A stretch of 64,000 nucleotides of DNA from Bacteroidota bacterium (GCA_023426145.1 JAFABG010000006.1:48535-112534); one strand, 5' to 3'. Counted from the first letter of the stretch, positions 10,224 through 21,375 are shown. A program made the numbers and translations. Notes: generated from the letters alone by a model not told the origin.

Positions 10224-11327
10224 ATGAATACTAAAGGGAAAAAAGATATCAGAAAACGTATTTTGCAGAATCATGCAAAAAAAATGGCTAAATTAAAAAA
10301 AAGATTTAGAGATATTCGTAGGCGTAAAAATAAAGCACGCAATGGAAAAAATAAAACCCAACAAATGTCGGATCGAATAAATAGACAATTTGAAGGATAT
10401 AAAAAAATTGTGGCACCAGAAAATTTTTCATTGACTGAAAATACCGAAGAATCATTGCTCTTCATTGCAAGACTAGAGGAATGTCTAGAAGCCAAAAAGA
10501 AAGTTTTTGTGAATCTTGCCAAGGTAGAACAAATAGCACAAGGTGCTATTGTTGTTCTTCTGTCTATAATGATAAAATTTAAATCGGCTCACGTAGATTT
10601 CAATGGAAATTTCCCTAAAAATCAAAGCGCAAATAAACGCTTAGTTGATTCTGGCTTTTTCCATGAATTATACAGAAAGAATATTAACTTAGGAACAAAA
10701 TACGAAATATGCAGAAATAAAATTCTTACACATGCCAATAAAATTGTAGATACGGCACTTTCGGACAAGATCATTTCGGAAATATCTTCTTTAATTTGGG
10801 GAGAAGAAAAAAGATGTCCAGGCTTACAAAGGGTATTTATAGAACTCATGCAAAATACGAATAATCACGCTTCATATAAGAATAAAGGAGAACATCATTG
10901 GTGGACAACAGTCCAATATGATAAAGAAAACAGAAAAGCATATTTTTCCTTTATTGATTATGGAGTGGGAATTATAAATAGTTTAACCAATGATCAGAGA
11001 GGAAAATTTTTCTATATAATTCCACGTATAAAACAAATCTTTAGTCCTGAAAACGACTCAGATTTGCTAATACTGCTTTTAAATGGAAACATACATGAAA
11101 CCTCAAGTAAAATACAAAATACTTCTACAAAAAAGTATTATCGTGGAAAAGGGCTTCCGTGCCTTTTCAATGCCTGTAGAGAGAATAGAATTTCTAGGGT
11201 TGTTGTAATTACAAATAATGCAAAAGTAGAATATGAAAATCAAAGAAAGACCAATCTAAATACATCATTCAAAGGTACGTTCATTTGTTGGGAGTTAAAT
11301 TACAATAATATATATTTAAATAAATAA
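10224..11327 (+). CDS. GHKL/HATPase-fold protein (RsbW/SpoIIAB-like) with K/R-rich N-terminus
   Basis: ELMQNTNNHA (N box), FIDYGVGI (G1), RGKGL (G2) and FKGT (G3). No His-kinase H-box is evident. Confidence 0.7.
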   Translation: MNTKGKKDIRKRILQNHAKKMAKLKKRFRDIRRRKNKARNGKNKTQQMSDRINRQFEGYKKIVAPENFSLTENTEESLLFIARLEECLEAKKKVFVNLAKVEQIAQGAIVVLLSIMIKFKSAHVDFNGNFPKNQSANKRLVDSGFFHELYRKNINLGTKYEICRNKILTHANKIVDTALSDKIISEISSLIWGEEKRCPGLQRVFIELMQNTNNHASYKNKGEHHWWTTVQYDKENRKAYFSFIDYGVGIINSLTNDQRGKFFYIIPRIKQIFSPENDSDLLILLLNGNIHETSSKIQNTSTKKYYRGKGLPCLFNACRENRISRVVVITNNAKVEYENQRKTNLNTSFKGTFICWELNYNNIYLNK

Positions 11328-11334
11328 TTTAGAT

Positions 11335-11673
11335 ATGAAAATCAAAATAGCAACAGATTTTAGTAGAATTCCGGGAGCAAGATATCCTATTGAAGGTGAT
11401 TTTTCAGGACAAGAATTCAGGAAAAGAGTATTGTTACCTAAGTTGAAGGAAGCTATAAACAAGCATGAGATACTTACGGTAGATCTTGATGGGACAGCTG
11501 GTTTAGGAACCTCGTTCTTGGAAGAATCATTTGGGGGATTAATCCGAGAAGATCATATTGAATATGAAGATATTAAACAAACTCTTAGGTTTATATCTAC
11601 AGAAGAACCGGATTATATCGAAGAGATAATGTTGTATATTAATGATGCATATGGACAAGAGAAACATTGCTAA
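11335..11673 (+). CDS. STAS-like protein (DUF4325-type)
   Basis: DFSRIPGARY...SGQEFR...VDLDGTAGLGTSFLEESFGGL pattern; 112 aa. Confidence 0.75.
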   Translation: MKIKIATDFSRIPGARYPIEGDFSGQEFRKRVLLPKLKEAINKHEILTVDLDGTAGLGTSFLEESFGGLIREDHIEYEDIKQTLRFISTEEPDYIEEIMLYINDAYGQEKHC

Positions 11674-12256
11674 ATATATTTTATGGATTACAATTTTCAG
11701 CGTTGGGGTTTGCTTTGGCAAATTCCTAAATTGGGGGTATTTTGTTTTATCAAAAGAAATATCAATCATTGACGCTATTTCTCTGTTTGTGACAGTTGGA
11801 TGCGCTATATTTATAGCCAAAGTATTAGAAAAAGAAGTACAAGATGACCGAATTGAAAAAGATTTATTTTTGAATCAAATAAATCAGCTTGAAACTTTTT
11901 TAACAGGAATAGAAAAAGACATTGAGTCTTCCGGAACTTTATATGTAAGTATTGTAAACTCTTATTCCAACGCAAATAAAACAAGATATAAATTTTTCAA
12001 GAGAATTGACGAACATAGTATTCATCTAAGTAAAAATTCAACGCTAAAAAAGACAGGAAGAGATTTGGAAATCAGCTTTAAATCTCTAAAGCCATTATTA
12101 ACAGAAACACCAGTTGTTCAAACCGAAACTCCAGAGATTATAGTTAAATCAGGAAAAATCAGATATAGCGAATCACGTTTAACAGAAATTAAAAATGAAA
12201 TTACCAATATATATGACAACCTTTTCAAGATAAAAATTATTATAAACAGGAGTTAG
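11642..12256 (+). CDS. Hypothetical membrane protein (two N-terminal hydrophobic helices, helical C-terminus)
   Basis: Hydrophobic segments YILWITIFSVGVCFG and IIDAISLFVTVGCAIFIA; overlaps the STAS gene stop. Confidence 0.65.
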   Translation: MMHMDKRNIAKYILWITIFSVGVCFGKFLNWGYFVLSKEISIIDAISLFVTVGCAIFIAKVLEKEVQDDRIEKDLFLNQINQLETFLTGIEKDIESSGTLYVSIVNSYSNANKTRYKFFKRIDEHSIHLSKNSTLKKTGRDLEISFKSLKPLLTETPVVQTETPEIIVKSGKIRYSESRLTEIKNEITNIYDNLFKIKIIINRS

Positions 12257-12338
12257 GTTAATAATGGGAGGAGGTCATTACAAGGAAAACTCTAATTTAG
12301 CTGTGTCCGAATAATGGGAGGACGTCACTTACCCCATC

Positions 12339-12849
12339 ATGGTTCGACTTGAAAAATGGTTGGTTGCAGAACATGCAAAAGTTATTATAGGAAGTCCCAT
12401 CGAAAAGGCTATTCTGTATACCTACAATCGCTTCAATAAATTATCTCGCTATCATTTGGATGGTAAATACAATATCGACAACAATGGGATAGAAAACGCG
12501 GCAAGACCCGTTGCCGTGGGACGGAAGAATTATTTATTCTGCCAGAATGATGATACCGCAGAAAGTACGGCTATCATTTATAGTTTTATGGGATGCTGCA
12601 AAGCTGCTGGAGTAGACTTCCGTACATGGATGATTTACTTTTTGGATCATGTCTATGATTACGACCAGGACTACACCAAGGATATAGCGGATTTGCTTCC
12701 GGATAACTTGAATGCGGCAAGAGCAATTTGAAATCCAAGAGAACAACGAAATCATCGACATAAACGACATCATTGAAATCTTTGAGATGAAACTATGACA
12801 TCTCAAAGGGCTATTGTATCTTACAATACGGAGTTGGCCAATGGCTTAC
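12339..12849 (+). mobile_element. IS66-family remnant: C-terminal transposase fragment (12339-12731) and right end
   Basis: SPIEKAILY...IDNNGIENAARPVAVGRKNYLF is the IS66 TnpC C-terminal motif. The sequence ends GGCTTAC at 12849, the complement of the GTAAGC IS66 terminus. Confidence 0.85.
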
Positions 12850-12954
12850 GATAGTTCGTCAAAAGGCTGATTTTATACAATTTATAAATAACAAAAATAT
12901 AATTTTGATTAAGGGATATAAAGTGGATTAGTCTCAAATAAATAGTATAAAAAT
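12850..12954. repeat. ~105-bp direct repeat, copy 2
   Basis: Matches 1532-1635; lies between the IS66 end and the dnaK terminator. Confidence 0.9.
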
Positions 12955-12986
12955 AAAAGCGTGCAATTTCTAAATTTTGCACGCTT
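12951..12986 (-). terminator. dnaK intrinsic terminator
   Basis: Stem AAGCGTGCAA...TTGCACGCTT followed by a T-rich tract on the minus strand. Confidence 0.75.
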
Positions 12987-13022
12987 CTGTTAGTTTGTCT
13001 AGAAAGGCTCTTTTTTCTGAAT

Positions 13023-14927
13023 TTATTTTACCTCTTCGAAATCAGCATCTTGAACGTTCTCATTGTTTTTATTGTCGCTTTGATTTGCATCCATATCGGG
13101 TCCAGCTTGAGCACCATTTGGTGCGCCTTGTTGAGCATACATGTCAGCACTTGCAGCTTGGAAAGCAGTGTTTATTTCTGCCATAGCAGCGTCGATAGTA
13201 GCTAAATCTTGAGCTTTATGTGCATCTTTTAATTTTTGCAAAGCAGCTTCGATAGGAGCTTTCTTGTCAGCAGGTAGCTTGTCACCTAGTTCTTTTAACT
13301 GATTTTCTGTTTGGAAAATAACGCTGTCAGCTTGATTTAACTTATCAATTCTTTCGCGTTCTTTCTTATCAGCTTCAGCATTAGCATCAGCTTCTGCTTT
13401 CATCTTTTCTATTTCCTCTTTGCTTAATCCGCTAGATGCTTCAATACGAATAGCTTGTTCCTTACCTGTTGCTTTATCTTTAGCTGATACTTTCAAAATA
13501 CCATTCGCATCGATATCAAATGTTACTTCGATCTGAGGTACACCTCTACGTGCTGGTGCAATTCCTGATAAATTGAACTGACCGATAGATTTGTTTTGAG
13601 AAGCCATAGGACGTTCTCCTTGCAAAACATGAATTGTTACTTCACTCTGATTATCTGCAGCAGTTGAGAAAACTTCGCTCTTACGCGCTGGAATAGTTGT
13701 ATTGGCATCAATCAACTTGGTCATCACACCGCCCAATGTTTCAATACCCATTGACAGTGGAGTAACATCCAATAGAACAACTCCTTTAATTTCGTCTGTT
13801 AAAACTGCACCTTGTACTGCGGCACCAATTGCTACTACTTCATCAGGATTTACACCTTTAGAAGGGGATTTAGCAAAGAAATCTTCTACTAATTTCTGTA
13901 CAGCAGGTATACGTGAAGAACCACCAACAAGAATAACTTCATCAATATCAGTATTGTTCAATCCTGCATCTGACATCGCTTTTTTGCAAGGCTCAAGACA
14001 AGCTTGAATTAAATCGTGAGCTAGTGACTCAAATTTTGCACGACTTAGTGTTTTTACCAAATGTTTAGGCACACCATTTACTGGCATTATATATGGTAAA
14101 TTGATTTCAGTGCTAGTTGATGAAGAAAGTTCAATCTTAGCTTTTTCTGCTGCTTCTTTTAAACGTTGCAGAGCCATTGGATCTTGTGTTAAGTCAGCAC
14201 CTTCATCATTTTTAAATTCTTGTACTAACCAATTGATGATTACTTGGTCGAAATCATCTCCTCCTAGGTGAGTATCACCATTAGTAGAAAGTACTTCAAA
14301 TACTCCACCACCAAATTCAAGGATTGAAATATCAAATGTTCCACCACCAAGGTCGAATACGGCAATCTTCATGTCCTTATGAGCTTTATCCAAGCCATAT
14401 GCAAGAGCAGCTGCAGTCGGTTCATTGACGATACGTTTTACTTCTAAGCCTGCAATTTGTCCTGCCTCTTTAGTAGCCTGACGTTGTGAGTCAGAAAAAT
14501 ATGCTGGAACAGTTATGACAGCTTCTGTAACTTCTTGTCCCAAGTAGTCTTCGGCTGTTTTCTTCATTTTTTGAAGAATCATAGCTGAGATTTCTTGTGG
14601 AGTATATAAACGGCCGTCAATGTCAACACGTGGTGTGTTATTGTCACCTTTTACAACCTTATAAGGTACACGTCCAACTTCTTTTTGTACTTGTTCCCAA
14701 TTTTCACCCATAAAACGTTTGATAGAAAATATCGTACGTGTTGGATTTGTAATTGCTTGGCGCTTTGCAGGATCACCGATTTTACGTTCACCACCATCAA
14801 CAAAAGCAACTACAGAAGGGGTTGTTCTTTTGCCTTCGCTATTTGCAATAACTACAGGTTCGTTACCTTCAAATACAGAAACACATGAGTTTGTTGTTCC
14901 TAAGTCAATACCAATAATTTTTCCCAT
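13023..14927 (-). CDS. dnaK: Chaperone DnaK (Hsp70)
   Basis: [23 protein letters not shown] and VGGSSRIP; C-terminal DADFEEVK. Confidence 0.99.
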   Translation of the reverse strand: MGKIIGIDLGTTNSCVSVFEGNEPVVIANSEGKRTTPSVVAFVDGGERKIGDPAKRQAITNPTRTIFSIKRFMGENWEQVQKEVGRVPYKVVKGDNNTPRVDIDGRLYTPQEISAMILQKMKKTAEDYLGQEVTEAVITVPAYFSDSQRQATKEAGQIAGLEVKRIVNEPTAAALAYGLDKAHKDMKIAVFDLGGGTFDISILEFGGGVFEVLSTNGDTHLGGDDFDQVIINWLVQEFKNDEGADLTQDPMALQRLKEAAEKAKIELSSSTSTEINLPYIMPVNGVPKHLVKTLSRAKFESLAHDLIQACLEPCKKAMSDAGLNNTDIDEVILVGGSSRIPAVQKLVEDFFAKSPSKGVNPDEVVAIGAAVQGAVLTDEIKGVVLLDVTPLSMGIETLGGVMTKLIDANTTIPARKSEVFSTAADNQSEVTIHVLQGERPMASQNKSIGQFNLSGIAPARRGVPQIEVTFDIDANGILKVSAKDKATGKEQAIRIEASSGLSKEEIEKMKAEADANAEADKKERERIDKLNQADSVIFQTENQLKELGDKLPADKKAPIEAALQKLKDAHKAQDLATIDAAMAEINTAFQAASADMYAQQGAPNGAQAGPDMDANQSDNKNNENVQDADFEEVK

Positions 14928-15018
14928 TATTATCTTTTTTATTTAATATTATTATTATTCAATTAGCTTCGTTCGCTTTTTCTTTTATTTAAAGTTTTAA
15001 ACGAACACAAATCAATAG

Positions 15019-15034
15019 ACAAACTATGTGCCAA
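15019..15034 (-). promoter_or_regulatory. Sigma-54-like -24/-12 element upstream of dnaK
   Basis: Minus strand reads TTGGCAC-ATAGT-TTGT versus consensus TGGCAC-N5-TTGC. Confidence 0.55.
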
Positions 15035-15356
15035 AATGAGACATAATAAATGGATGACATTCTTTTCTGCCAAAACGACAGTGTGACTTTATGCGGATGC
15101 AGTCATAATTGAATCGTTTCTTAGAATTTCCTCTATCATATGCAAAGGGGATTTATTTTAAAGCATTTCTAATTAGAGGCTGATTTTGAATCTTGTTTAA
15201 GTGCAAGTATAGTATAGATTATGAGTTTAAAGGTATATAATGTTTCAAATAAAAATGGATAACAATGCAATGATTTTCTGAAATAATCACGTATATTTGC
15301 CAAGCTAACAATTCTAAAATCTTAATTTTTAGTTTATAATTCATTATTTAAAAGAA

Positions 15357-16550
15357 ATGGGTAGAGTTCTTATTATTGGTGCGGGCGGTGTTAGTACTGT
15401 TGTTGCACACAAAGTAGCACAAAATGCTGATGTATTTACGGATATTATGATTGCCAGCCGCACAAAAGAGAAATGTGATAACATTGTTAAGGCTATAGGT
15501 AATCCTAATATAAAGACTGCTAAAGTGGATGCAGATAATGTTGATGAACTAGTAGCTTTGTTTAGTGACTTTAAGCCGGAAATGGTGATTAATGTTGCTC
15601 TTCCGTATCAAGATCTCACAATCATGGAAGCTTGTTTGAAAGTGGGAGTGAATTATTTGGATACGGCTAACTATGAACCTAAAGATGAGGCTCATTTCGA
15701 ATATAGTTGGCAATGGGCTTATCATGAGCGTTTTAAAGAGGCGGGTCTTACAGCTATTCTTGGTTGTGGATTTGATCCGGGTGTTAGTGGTATATATACA
15801 GCTTATGCAGCTAAACATTATTTTGATGAAATTCAATTCTTAGATATCGTAGATTGTAATGCTGGGAATCATCATAAAGCTTTTGCTACTAATTTTAATC
15901 CTGAGATTAATATTAGAGAAATAACTCAGAATGGACGTTATTTTGAAAATGGTAAATGGGTAACTACTGGACCTTTGGAAATTCATAAGGATTTGACTTA
16001 TCCCAATATTGGCCCACGTGATTCATATCTTTTATATCATGAAGAATTGGAATCTTTAGTTAAGCATTTTCCTACAATTAAACGTGCTCGTTTTTGGATG
16101 ACTTTTGGACAAGAGTACTTGACTCATTTACGTGTTATTCAAAATATTGGTATGGCTCGTATTGATGAGGTTGATTATAACGGAACTAAAATTGTTCCAT
16201 TACAATTCTTAAAGGCAGTACTTCCTAATCCCCAAGACTTAGGCGAAAACTATGAAGGTGAAACTTCTATTGGTTGTCGGATCCGTGGAATTAAGGATGG
16301 GAAAGAGCGTACCTATTATGTATACAACAATTGTAGCCATCAAGAGGCTTATAAAGAAACAGGTATGCAGGGAGTAAGTTATACCACAGGTGTTCCAGCT
16401 ATGATTGGAGCCATGATGTTCTTCAAAGGTGAATGGAATCGCCCCGGAGTGAATAATGTTGAGGAATTTTATCCTGATCCATTTATGGAACAACTTAATA
16501 AGCAAGGTTTACCTTGGTTTGAGGTTTTTGATAAAGATCTTGAGCTGTAA
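15357..16550 (+). CDS. Saccharopine dehydrogenase family protein (probable carboxynorspermidine dehydrogenase)
   Basis: IIGAGGV Rossmann motif, NVALPYQD, YLDTANYE, GCGFDPG and YTTGVPAM. Confidence 0.9.
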   Translation: MGRVLIIGAGGVSTVVAHKVAQNADVFTDIMIASRTKEKCDNIVKAIGNPNIKTAKVDADNVDELVALFSDFKPEMVINVALPYQDLTIMEACLKVGVNYLDTANYEPKDEAHFEYSWQWAYHERFKEAGLTAILGCGFDPGVSGIYTAYAAKHYFDEIQFLDIVDCNAGNHHKAFATNFNPEINIREITQNGRYFENGKWVTTGPLEIHKDLTYPNIGPRDSYLLYHEELESLVKHFPTIKRARFWMTFGQEYLTHLRVIQNIGMARIDEVDYNGTKIVPLQFLKAVLPNPQDLGENYEGETSIGCRIRGIKDGKERTYYVYNNCSHQEAYKETGMQGVSYTTGVPAMIGAMMFFKGEWNRPGVNNVEEFYPDPFMEQLNKQGLPWFEVFDKDLEL

Positions 16551-16609
16551 ATGAAGTTATTGTTGTGAGAGTAGCTTGAAATGTTGTTTTTATCATTAAA
16601 CTTAAAAAT

Positions 16610-17077
16610 ATGAATATAGGAGATAAAGCACCTGAATTTTTAGGAATCAATGAAAAAGGTCAAGAAGTTTTATTGAGTGCTTACCAAGGGAAAAAAATAG
16701 TGTTATATTTTTATCCTAAAGATAACACTTCAGGGTGCACTGCTCAGGCTTGTGATTTGCGTGACCACTATACCGAACTAAGTAGTGCTGGTTATGAGGT
16801 GATTGGTGTTAGTGTAGATGATGAGAAATCTCATCAGAAATTTATTCAAAAGAATGAACTACCTTTTACTTTGATTGCAGATACAGATAAAAAATTAGTA
16901 GAAGAATTTGGAGTGTGGGGTGAGAAGAAGTTATATGGGCGTGCTTATATGGGTACTCTCCGGACTACATTTCTAATTAATGAAGAAGGAATTATTGAAC
17001 GTATAATTTCTCCAAAAGAGGTTAAGACAAAAGAGCATGCTGCTCAGATTTTAAATCAATCCATCGGGGTTAAATAA
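16610..17077 (+). CDS. bcp: Thioredoxin-dependent peroxiredoxin Bcp
   Basis: YFYPKDNTSGCTAQAC motif. Confidence 0.92.
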   Translation: MNIGDKAPEFLGINEKGQEVLLSAYQGKKIVLYFYPKDNTSGCTAQACDLRDHYTELSSAGYEVIGVSVDDEKSHQKFIQKNELPFTLIADTDKKLVEEFGVWGEKKLYGRAYMGTLRTTFLINEEGIIERIISPKEVKTKEHAAQILNQSIGVK

Positions 17078-17083
17078 TATAGT

Positions 17084-18118
17084 ATGGCAAAAAAAGATGA
17101 ATTAAATTTTGATCCAGATAATAAAATGGCATCAAGTGAAAAACTAAAAGCTTTACAGGCTGCCATGGAAAAGATAGAAAAAAGCTTTGGCAAAGGTTCT
17201 ATCATGAAAATGGGGGATAGCAGTGTTGAACAGGTGGAGGTGATTCCTACTGGATCTATAGCTTTAAATGTAGCATTGGGTGTGGGTGGATATCCTCGTG
17301 GTAGAATAATTGAAATCTATGGTCCTGAATCTTCAGGTAAAACAACATTGGCCATTCATGCCATAGCTGAGGCGCAAAAAGCAGGTGGTATTGCTGCTTT
17401 TATAGACGCTGAACATGCTTTCGACCGTTTTTATGCTTCGAAACTTGGTGTGAATATAGATGATTTGTTTATTTCTCAACCTGATAATGGTGAACAAGCA
17501 TTGGAAATTGCTGAACAATTGATACGTTCTTCAGCAATTGATATTATTGTAATTGACTCTGTTGCTGCTTTAACTCCTAAAGCTGAGATAGAGGGAGATA
17601 TGGGTGATAACAAGGTTGGTCTTCAAGCTCGTTTAATGTCTCAGGCATTACGTAAACTGACATCTGCGGTAAGTAAGACACGGACAACTTGTATTTTTAT
17701 TAATCAGCTTCGTGAGAAGATCGGTGTGATGTTTGGTAGTCCAGAAACAACTACGGGTGGTAATGCGTTGAAGTTCTATGCTTCGGTTCGTTTGGATATC
17801 CGAGGTGGTCAGGCTATCAAAGATGGTGAAGAGGTACTTGGAAAATTGACTAAAGTCAAGGTTGTTAAAAACAAAGTCGCTCCTCCGTTCCGCAGGGCAG
17901 AATTTGATATTATGTTTGGTGAAGGTATTTCACATTCAGGTGAAATTATTGATTTAGGTGCTGAATTGGGCGTAATTAAGAAAAGTGGTTCTTGGTATAG
18001 CTACAACGATACAAAACTTGGTCAAGGACGTGATGCTGCTAAAGTATGTGTCGCTGATAATCCGGAATTGGCAGAAGAGTTGGAAGGCTTGATTTTTGAA
18101 GAACTGAAGAAAAAATAG
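17084..18118 (+). CDS. recA: Recombinase RecA
   Basis: [27 protein letters not shown] and [11 protein letters not shown]. Confidence 0.99.
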   Translation: MAKKDELNFDPDNKMASSEKLKALQAAMEKIEKSFGKGSIMKMGDSSVEQVEVIPTGSIALNVALGVGGYPRGRIIEIYGPESSGKTTLAIHAIAEAQKAGGIAAFIDAEHAFDRFYASKLGVNIDDLFISQPDNGEQALEIAEQLIRSSAIDIIVIDSVAALTPKAEIEGDMGDNKVGLQARLMSQALRKLTSAVSKTRTTCIFINQLREKIGVMFGSPETTTGGNALKFYASVRLDIRGGQAIKDGEEVLGKLTKVKVVKNKVAPPFRRAEFDIMFGEGISHSGEIIDLGAELGVIKKSGSWYSYNDTKLGQGRDAAKVCVADNPELAEELEGLIFEELKKK

Positions 18119-18176
18119 GCGAGTGACACTACTTTCACATTTGTGAAATTTGCAATCTTGTGTAGATAAGAAACTT

Positions 18177-18210
18177 CAGGACTCAAGGATAAAACTTGAG
18201 TCCTGTTTTC
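18177..18210 (+). terminator. Terminator between recA and the convergent ATPase gene
   Basis: CAGGACTCAAG...CTTGAGTCCTG followed by TTTT. Confidence 0.75.
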
Positions 18211-18225
18211 TTATATCGTTATAAA

Positions 18226-18756
18226 TTAATTAGAGTCTGTATCCAATAGTAAATCTGTCAAAGCTACTTTTATTTGATTTATTCGTTGAGATATGTCTCC
18301 ATTAACTTTAATGGTTTTTATATCCAACGTTTCAATTAAGTCATATATAATTTCATTAACCTCAAAGCGAAGATCGGGTAATTCAGAACAAACGATTCTA
18401 TCGGGTTCTTCAATTGGAACGAATATTAAAAGATCAAGATCAGATTGCATATTTTCAATTTTACGATAAAATATACTTATCTCTTGTAATGCTCCACTTG
18501 CTTGAATATACGCGAATAAATCGATTGGGCAACGGTCGAAAATGGCATTTTCTCCGCTTTCAAGTATTTGTTTGGCTGAATAGTCGAATTGTTCAATATA
18601 ATCATCAACTGTCGGTACTGCTGAGAATATGAAACCCTGGTCTTCTAATTGATAATAGGGCTCAGAATAGAACTCATAGTCGGGAAGTTGCTGTTGTAAT
18701 TCCTCTACTATGGTTGTTTTTCCTACGCAATGTGTTCCTATTACTCCTATTCTCAT
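18226..18756 (-). CDS. Small P-loop ATPase/kinase (AAA_28/NadR-like)
   Basis: GTHCVGKTT Walker A and IFDRCPID. Confidence 0.7.
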   Translation of the reverse strand: MRIGVIGTHCVGKTTIVEELQQQLPDYEFYSEPYYQLEDQGFIFSAVPTVDDYIEQFDYSAKQILESGENAIFDRCPIDLFAYIQASGALQEISIFYRKIENMQSDLDLLIFVPIEEPDRIVCSELPDLRFEVNEIIYDLIETLDIKTIKVNGDISQRINQIKVALTDLLLDTDSN

Positions 18757-18888
18757 TTTTTATGTTTGATTATTCTCTAGTTCTTATTCTTTCGTTTACG
18801 AAAATAAACAAATTACTTAAAGTGGACAACAGTCAAAGATATCCCTTCCATTTATTGTTGTATTTTACTCATAGTTATTGGGCTAATA

Positions 18889-19881
18889 TTAATTCAAAAC
18901 TTTCTCAAGTGTATTAATTAAGTCATTACCCGTCAATCCAACAGCTATAATAATCCCATTAGGATCAAGTAAATAGCTTGTAGGAATCCAGCGAATAGCA
19001 TAATCTCTAGCCACTTCAGATTGCCAGCCATTTAGGTCGGAGACATGTGTCCATGTGAGATTATCTTTCTCAATAGCAGCTATCCAAGGTTCACGTTTAC
19101 GATCGAGTGATACACCTAATATCGCGAAGTTTTTAGTTTTAAATTGTTCATAGGCGGATACTATATTCGGATTCTCTTTTCTGCAGTCAGGACACCACGA
19201 AGCCCAAAAATCGACTAATACATATTTTCCTCTGAATGAAGATAAACTGATAGGGTTGTTATCTAAATTAGGCAATATAAAATCTGGTGCTACAGAGCCT
19301 ACTTTCAACTTTTCTAGCTTAGCTATTAGTGAGTCTATTTGATTAATATAGAATGAACCATTTAAAGTCTTATCAAATTCTGTACGTAGCGTTTGAATTT
19401 CATTTAAATTCAAGCGCCAAGCAAAATTGCGTATAAGAAAGTAGGCACCTACGGGTGAAGAAGGGTGGGCGCGTACCAAGCTGTCAAGTTTATAATGATC
19501 TTGGCTAACTAGTGGAGCATTTTGTACATAGATATCGTTTGCCGATGAACCACTTACGTCAATCTTTTTTACATTCTCGTCAAGTTGTAGATCTATTTTG
19601 CTATTCTCTAGAAAAAAAAGCAGGGGTTGCTTACTGTCTTTATCAGTAGTTATTCCGTATAGTAGTGGTTCAGAAACGCTTCCTTTAAAAATGAATTGTC
19701 CATTAGAAACAAGAGCGGAATCTGTATCTATAAAATTTTTATCTTCGTATTTTTTTAAATAGACTACTCCCTGTTCCACACCAGCTATTTTCCCTTGAAT
19801 GAAGTATTCGTTAGTTTTCTCCGTACAGGAACTTGCTAGTATAAGGCCTACAGTTACTCCAATAATATTTTTCAGTTTCAT
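18889..19881 (-). CDS. TlpA-family thiol:disulfide oxidoreductase lipoprotein (DUF4369 + redoxin)
   Basis: Lipobox LASSC and DFWASWCPDC active site. Confidence 0.9.
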   Translation of the reverse strand: MKLKNIIGVTVGLILASSCTEKTNEYFIQGKIAGVEQGVVYLKKYEDKNFIDTDSALVSNGQFIFKGSVSEPLLYGITTDKDSKQPLLFFLENSKIDLQLDENVKKIDVSGSSANDIYVQNAPLVSQDHYKLDSLVRAHPSSPVGAYFLIRNFAWRLNLNEIQTLRTEFDKTLNGSFYINQIDSLIAKLEKLKVGSVAPDFILPNLDNNPISLSSFRGKYVLVDFWASWCPDCRKENPNIVSAYEQFKTKNFAILGVSLDRKREPWIAAIEKDNLTWTHVSDLNGWQSEVARDYAIRWIPTSYLLDPNGIIIAVGLTGNDLINTLEKVLN

Positions 19882-19900
19882 AATTACTTCTATTTTTTAT

Positions 19901-21349
19901 TTATCGTCTTTTGTCATTAACATCGAACCACAAACGAGTCGTTAGTTCATCTGCTCCTTGATGGCCCACAGCCGCTTTATATTGACTGCCATTAAGCGAT
20001 TGCTCCGTTACAGGATAGAAAAAACGTCGAGGAAGTACGTTTGGTTGCAGCACCGAACTTGGTCCAGGTACGAGTTGAGGATATCCTAATCTACGCCAGT
20101 CAGCGAAAGCATCAGGACCTTGTCCATAGTATGCTACCCATTTCTGCCAACCTATAGATTCATACCAACGTGAGGCATCGAACCGAACACTTTCTTGATT
20201 CAAGTACAAATCTATTGCTGAAGAATTTGTAATACCAAACTGTCTCAGCGAAACAGTGACTGCTTCTTGGTAAAGAAGTTCCGCATCTGCTGATATCCAT
20301 CCTCGTGCTGCAGACTCTGCAAAGATAAATAATATTTCGGCATAGGAGTAAAATATAGCTGGTGAACTATCTTCTAAGAAGAGACTTCCAGGGCGTGATA
20401 CTTTATAAAAGCCTTGGTTATTGGCAGCATCAGCAGAAAGACCATTTGCAGCTCCAACATAAGTAGTAACACTTTGATCTTTTGGCAGCTCAGCAATTAC
20501 TGATAGTCTAGGATCATTCCATTCTTTAAGTTTGTCAATCAATGTTTTTGATACACGTTGATCTTCTCTAGAGTTGAAGGCAGAGGCCCAAGGATTCCAT
20601 TGAGGGGATGTCGAGAATGCAAAACGAGCAATTGCTTCATTGCTGTTTATCACTCTGTCTCTATCATTCCATAGAGAACTAATGACTTGGCGCGCAGTCG
20701 TTTCATCCCGGTCTGCCAATTCGAGGGCAATTCGAAGGCGTAAAGACTGCGCTAATTGCTTCCATTTAGAAATATCATTTTCATAAATCAAGTCACCTTC
20801 TACAGTACCGCCATTAGCAGAGAGATGTTGGTCTGCTGCATCTAGTTCATTTAATAGTCCTCGAAGAACGGTTTCTTGTGAATCATAAACTGGAGTTACA
20901 CTTTTGCCATACTCTGTATAAGGTATATCACCATATAAATTAGTAAGTAAAAGGAAAGTCCATGAACGCCATATGGTAGCTATACCTCTGTAGTTATCAT
21001 TCCCCAGATCAGAGTCGATGATTGCGTTTAGATTAGCGATAATAGTGGCATAGCCAGTGTCCCATGTTGTGGTGAAGGAACTATTATCTACATTATAGCA
21101 ATCTGGTTCGGTATACTGGATTTTCGCCCAATGCTGTACCCATAATAGTGTAGAATTGTAGTTAGTACTACTTCCCCAGTACAAGTTCGCTGCATGATAT
21201 TGTGCTGCAGAGAGCAGATAAGCTGGCTGTGGATGTTCAGTTGCATTGGGATTGTGGTTGATGTCAGTCAACTCGCCATCGCACGAAGTAAAGGAAATAG
21301 TTACTAGCTGAGCTAGTATTATATATAGGAAGTATATATTCTTTTTCAT
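19901..21349 (-). CDS. SusD/RagB lipoprotein
   Basis: Lipobox FTSC, YGDIPY, QKWVA and DWRRLGYP; follows the SusC gene. Confidence 0.9.
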   Translation of the reverse strand: MKKNIYFLYIILAQLVTISFTSCDGELTDINHNPNATEHPQPAYLLSAAQYHAANLYWGSSTNYNSTLLWVQHWAKIQYTEPDCYNVDNSSFTTTWDTGYATIIANLNAIIDSDLGNDNYRGIATIWRSWTFLLLTNLYGDIPYTEYGKSVTPVYDSQETVLRGLLNELDAADQHLSANGGTVEGDLIYENDISKWKQLAQSLRLRIALELADRDETTARQVISSLWNDRDRVINSNEAIARFAFSTSPQWNPWASAFNSREDQRVSKTLIDKLKEWNDPRLSVIAELPKDQSVTTYVGAANGLSADAANNQGFYKVSRPGSLFLEDSSPAIFYSYAEILFIFAESAARGWISADAELLYQEAVTVSLRQFGITNSSAIDLYLNQESVRFDASRWYESIGWQKWVAYYGQGPDAFADWRRLGYPQLVPGPSSVLQPNVLPRRFFYPVTEQSLNGSQYKAAVGHQGADELTTRLWFDVNDKRR

Positions 21350-21375
21350 CTTGTTTTAGTTTTTAAAATTCATAT

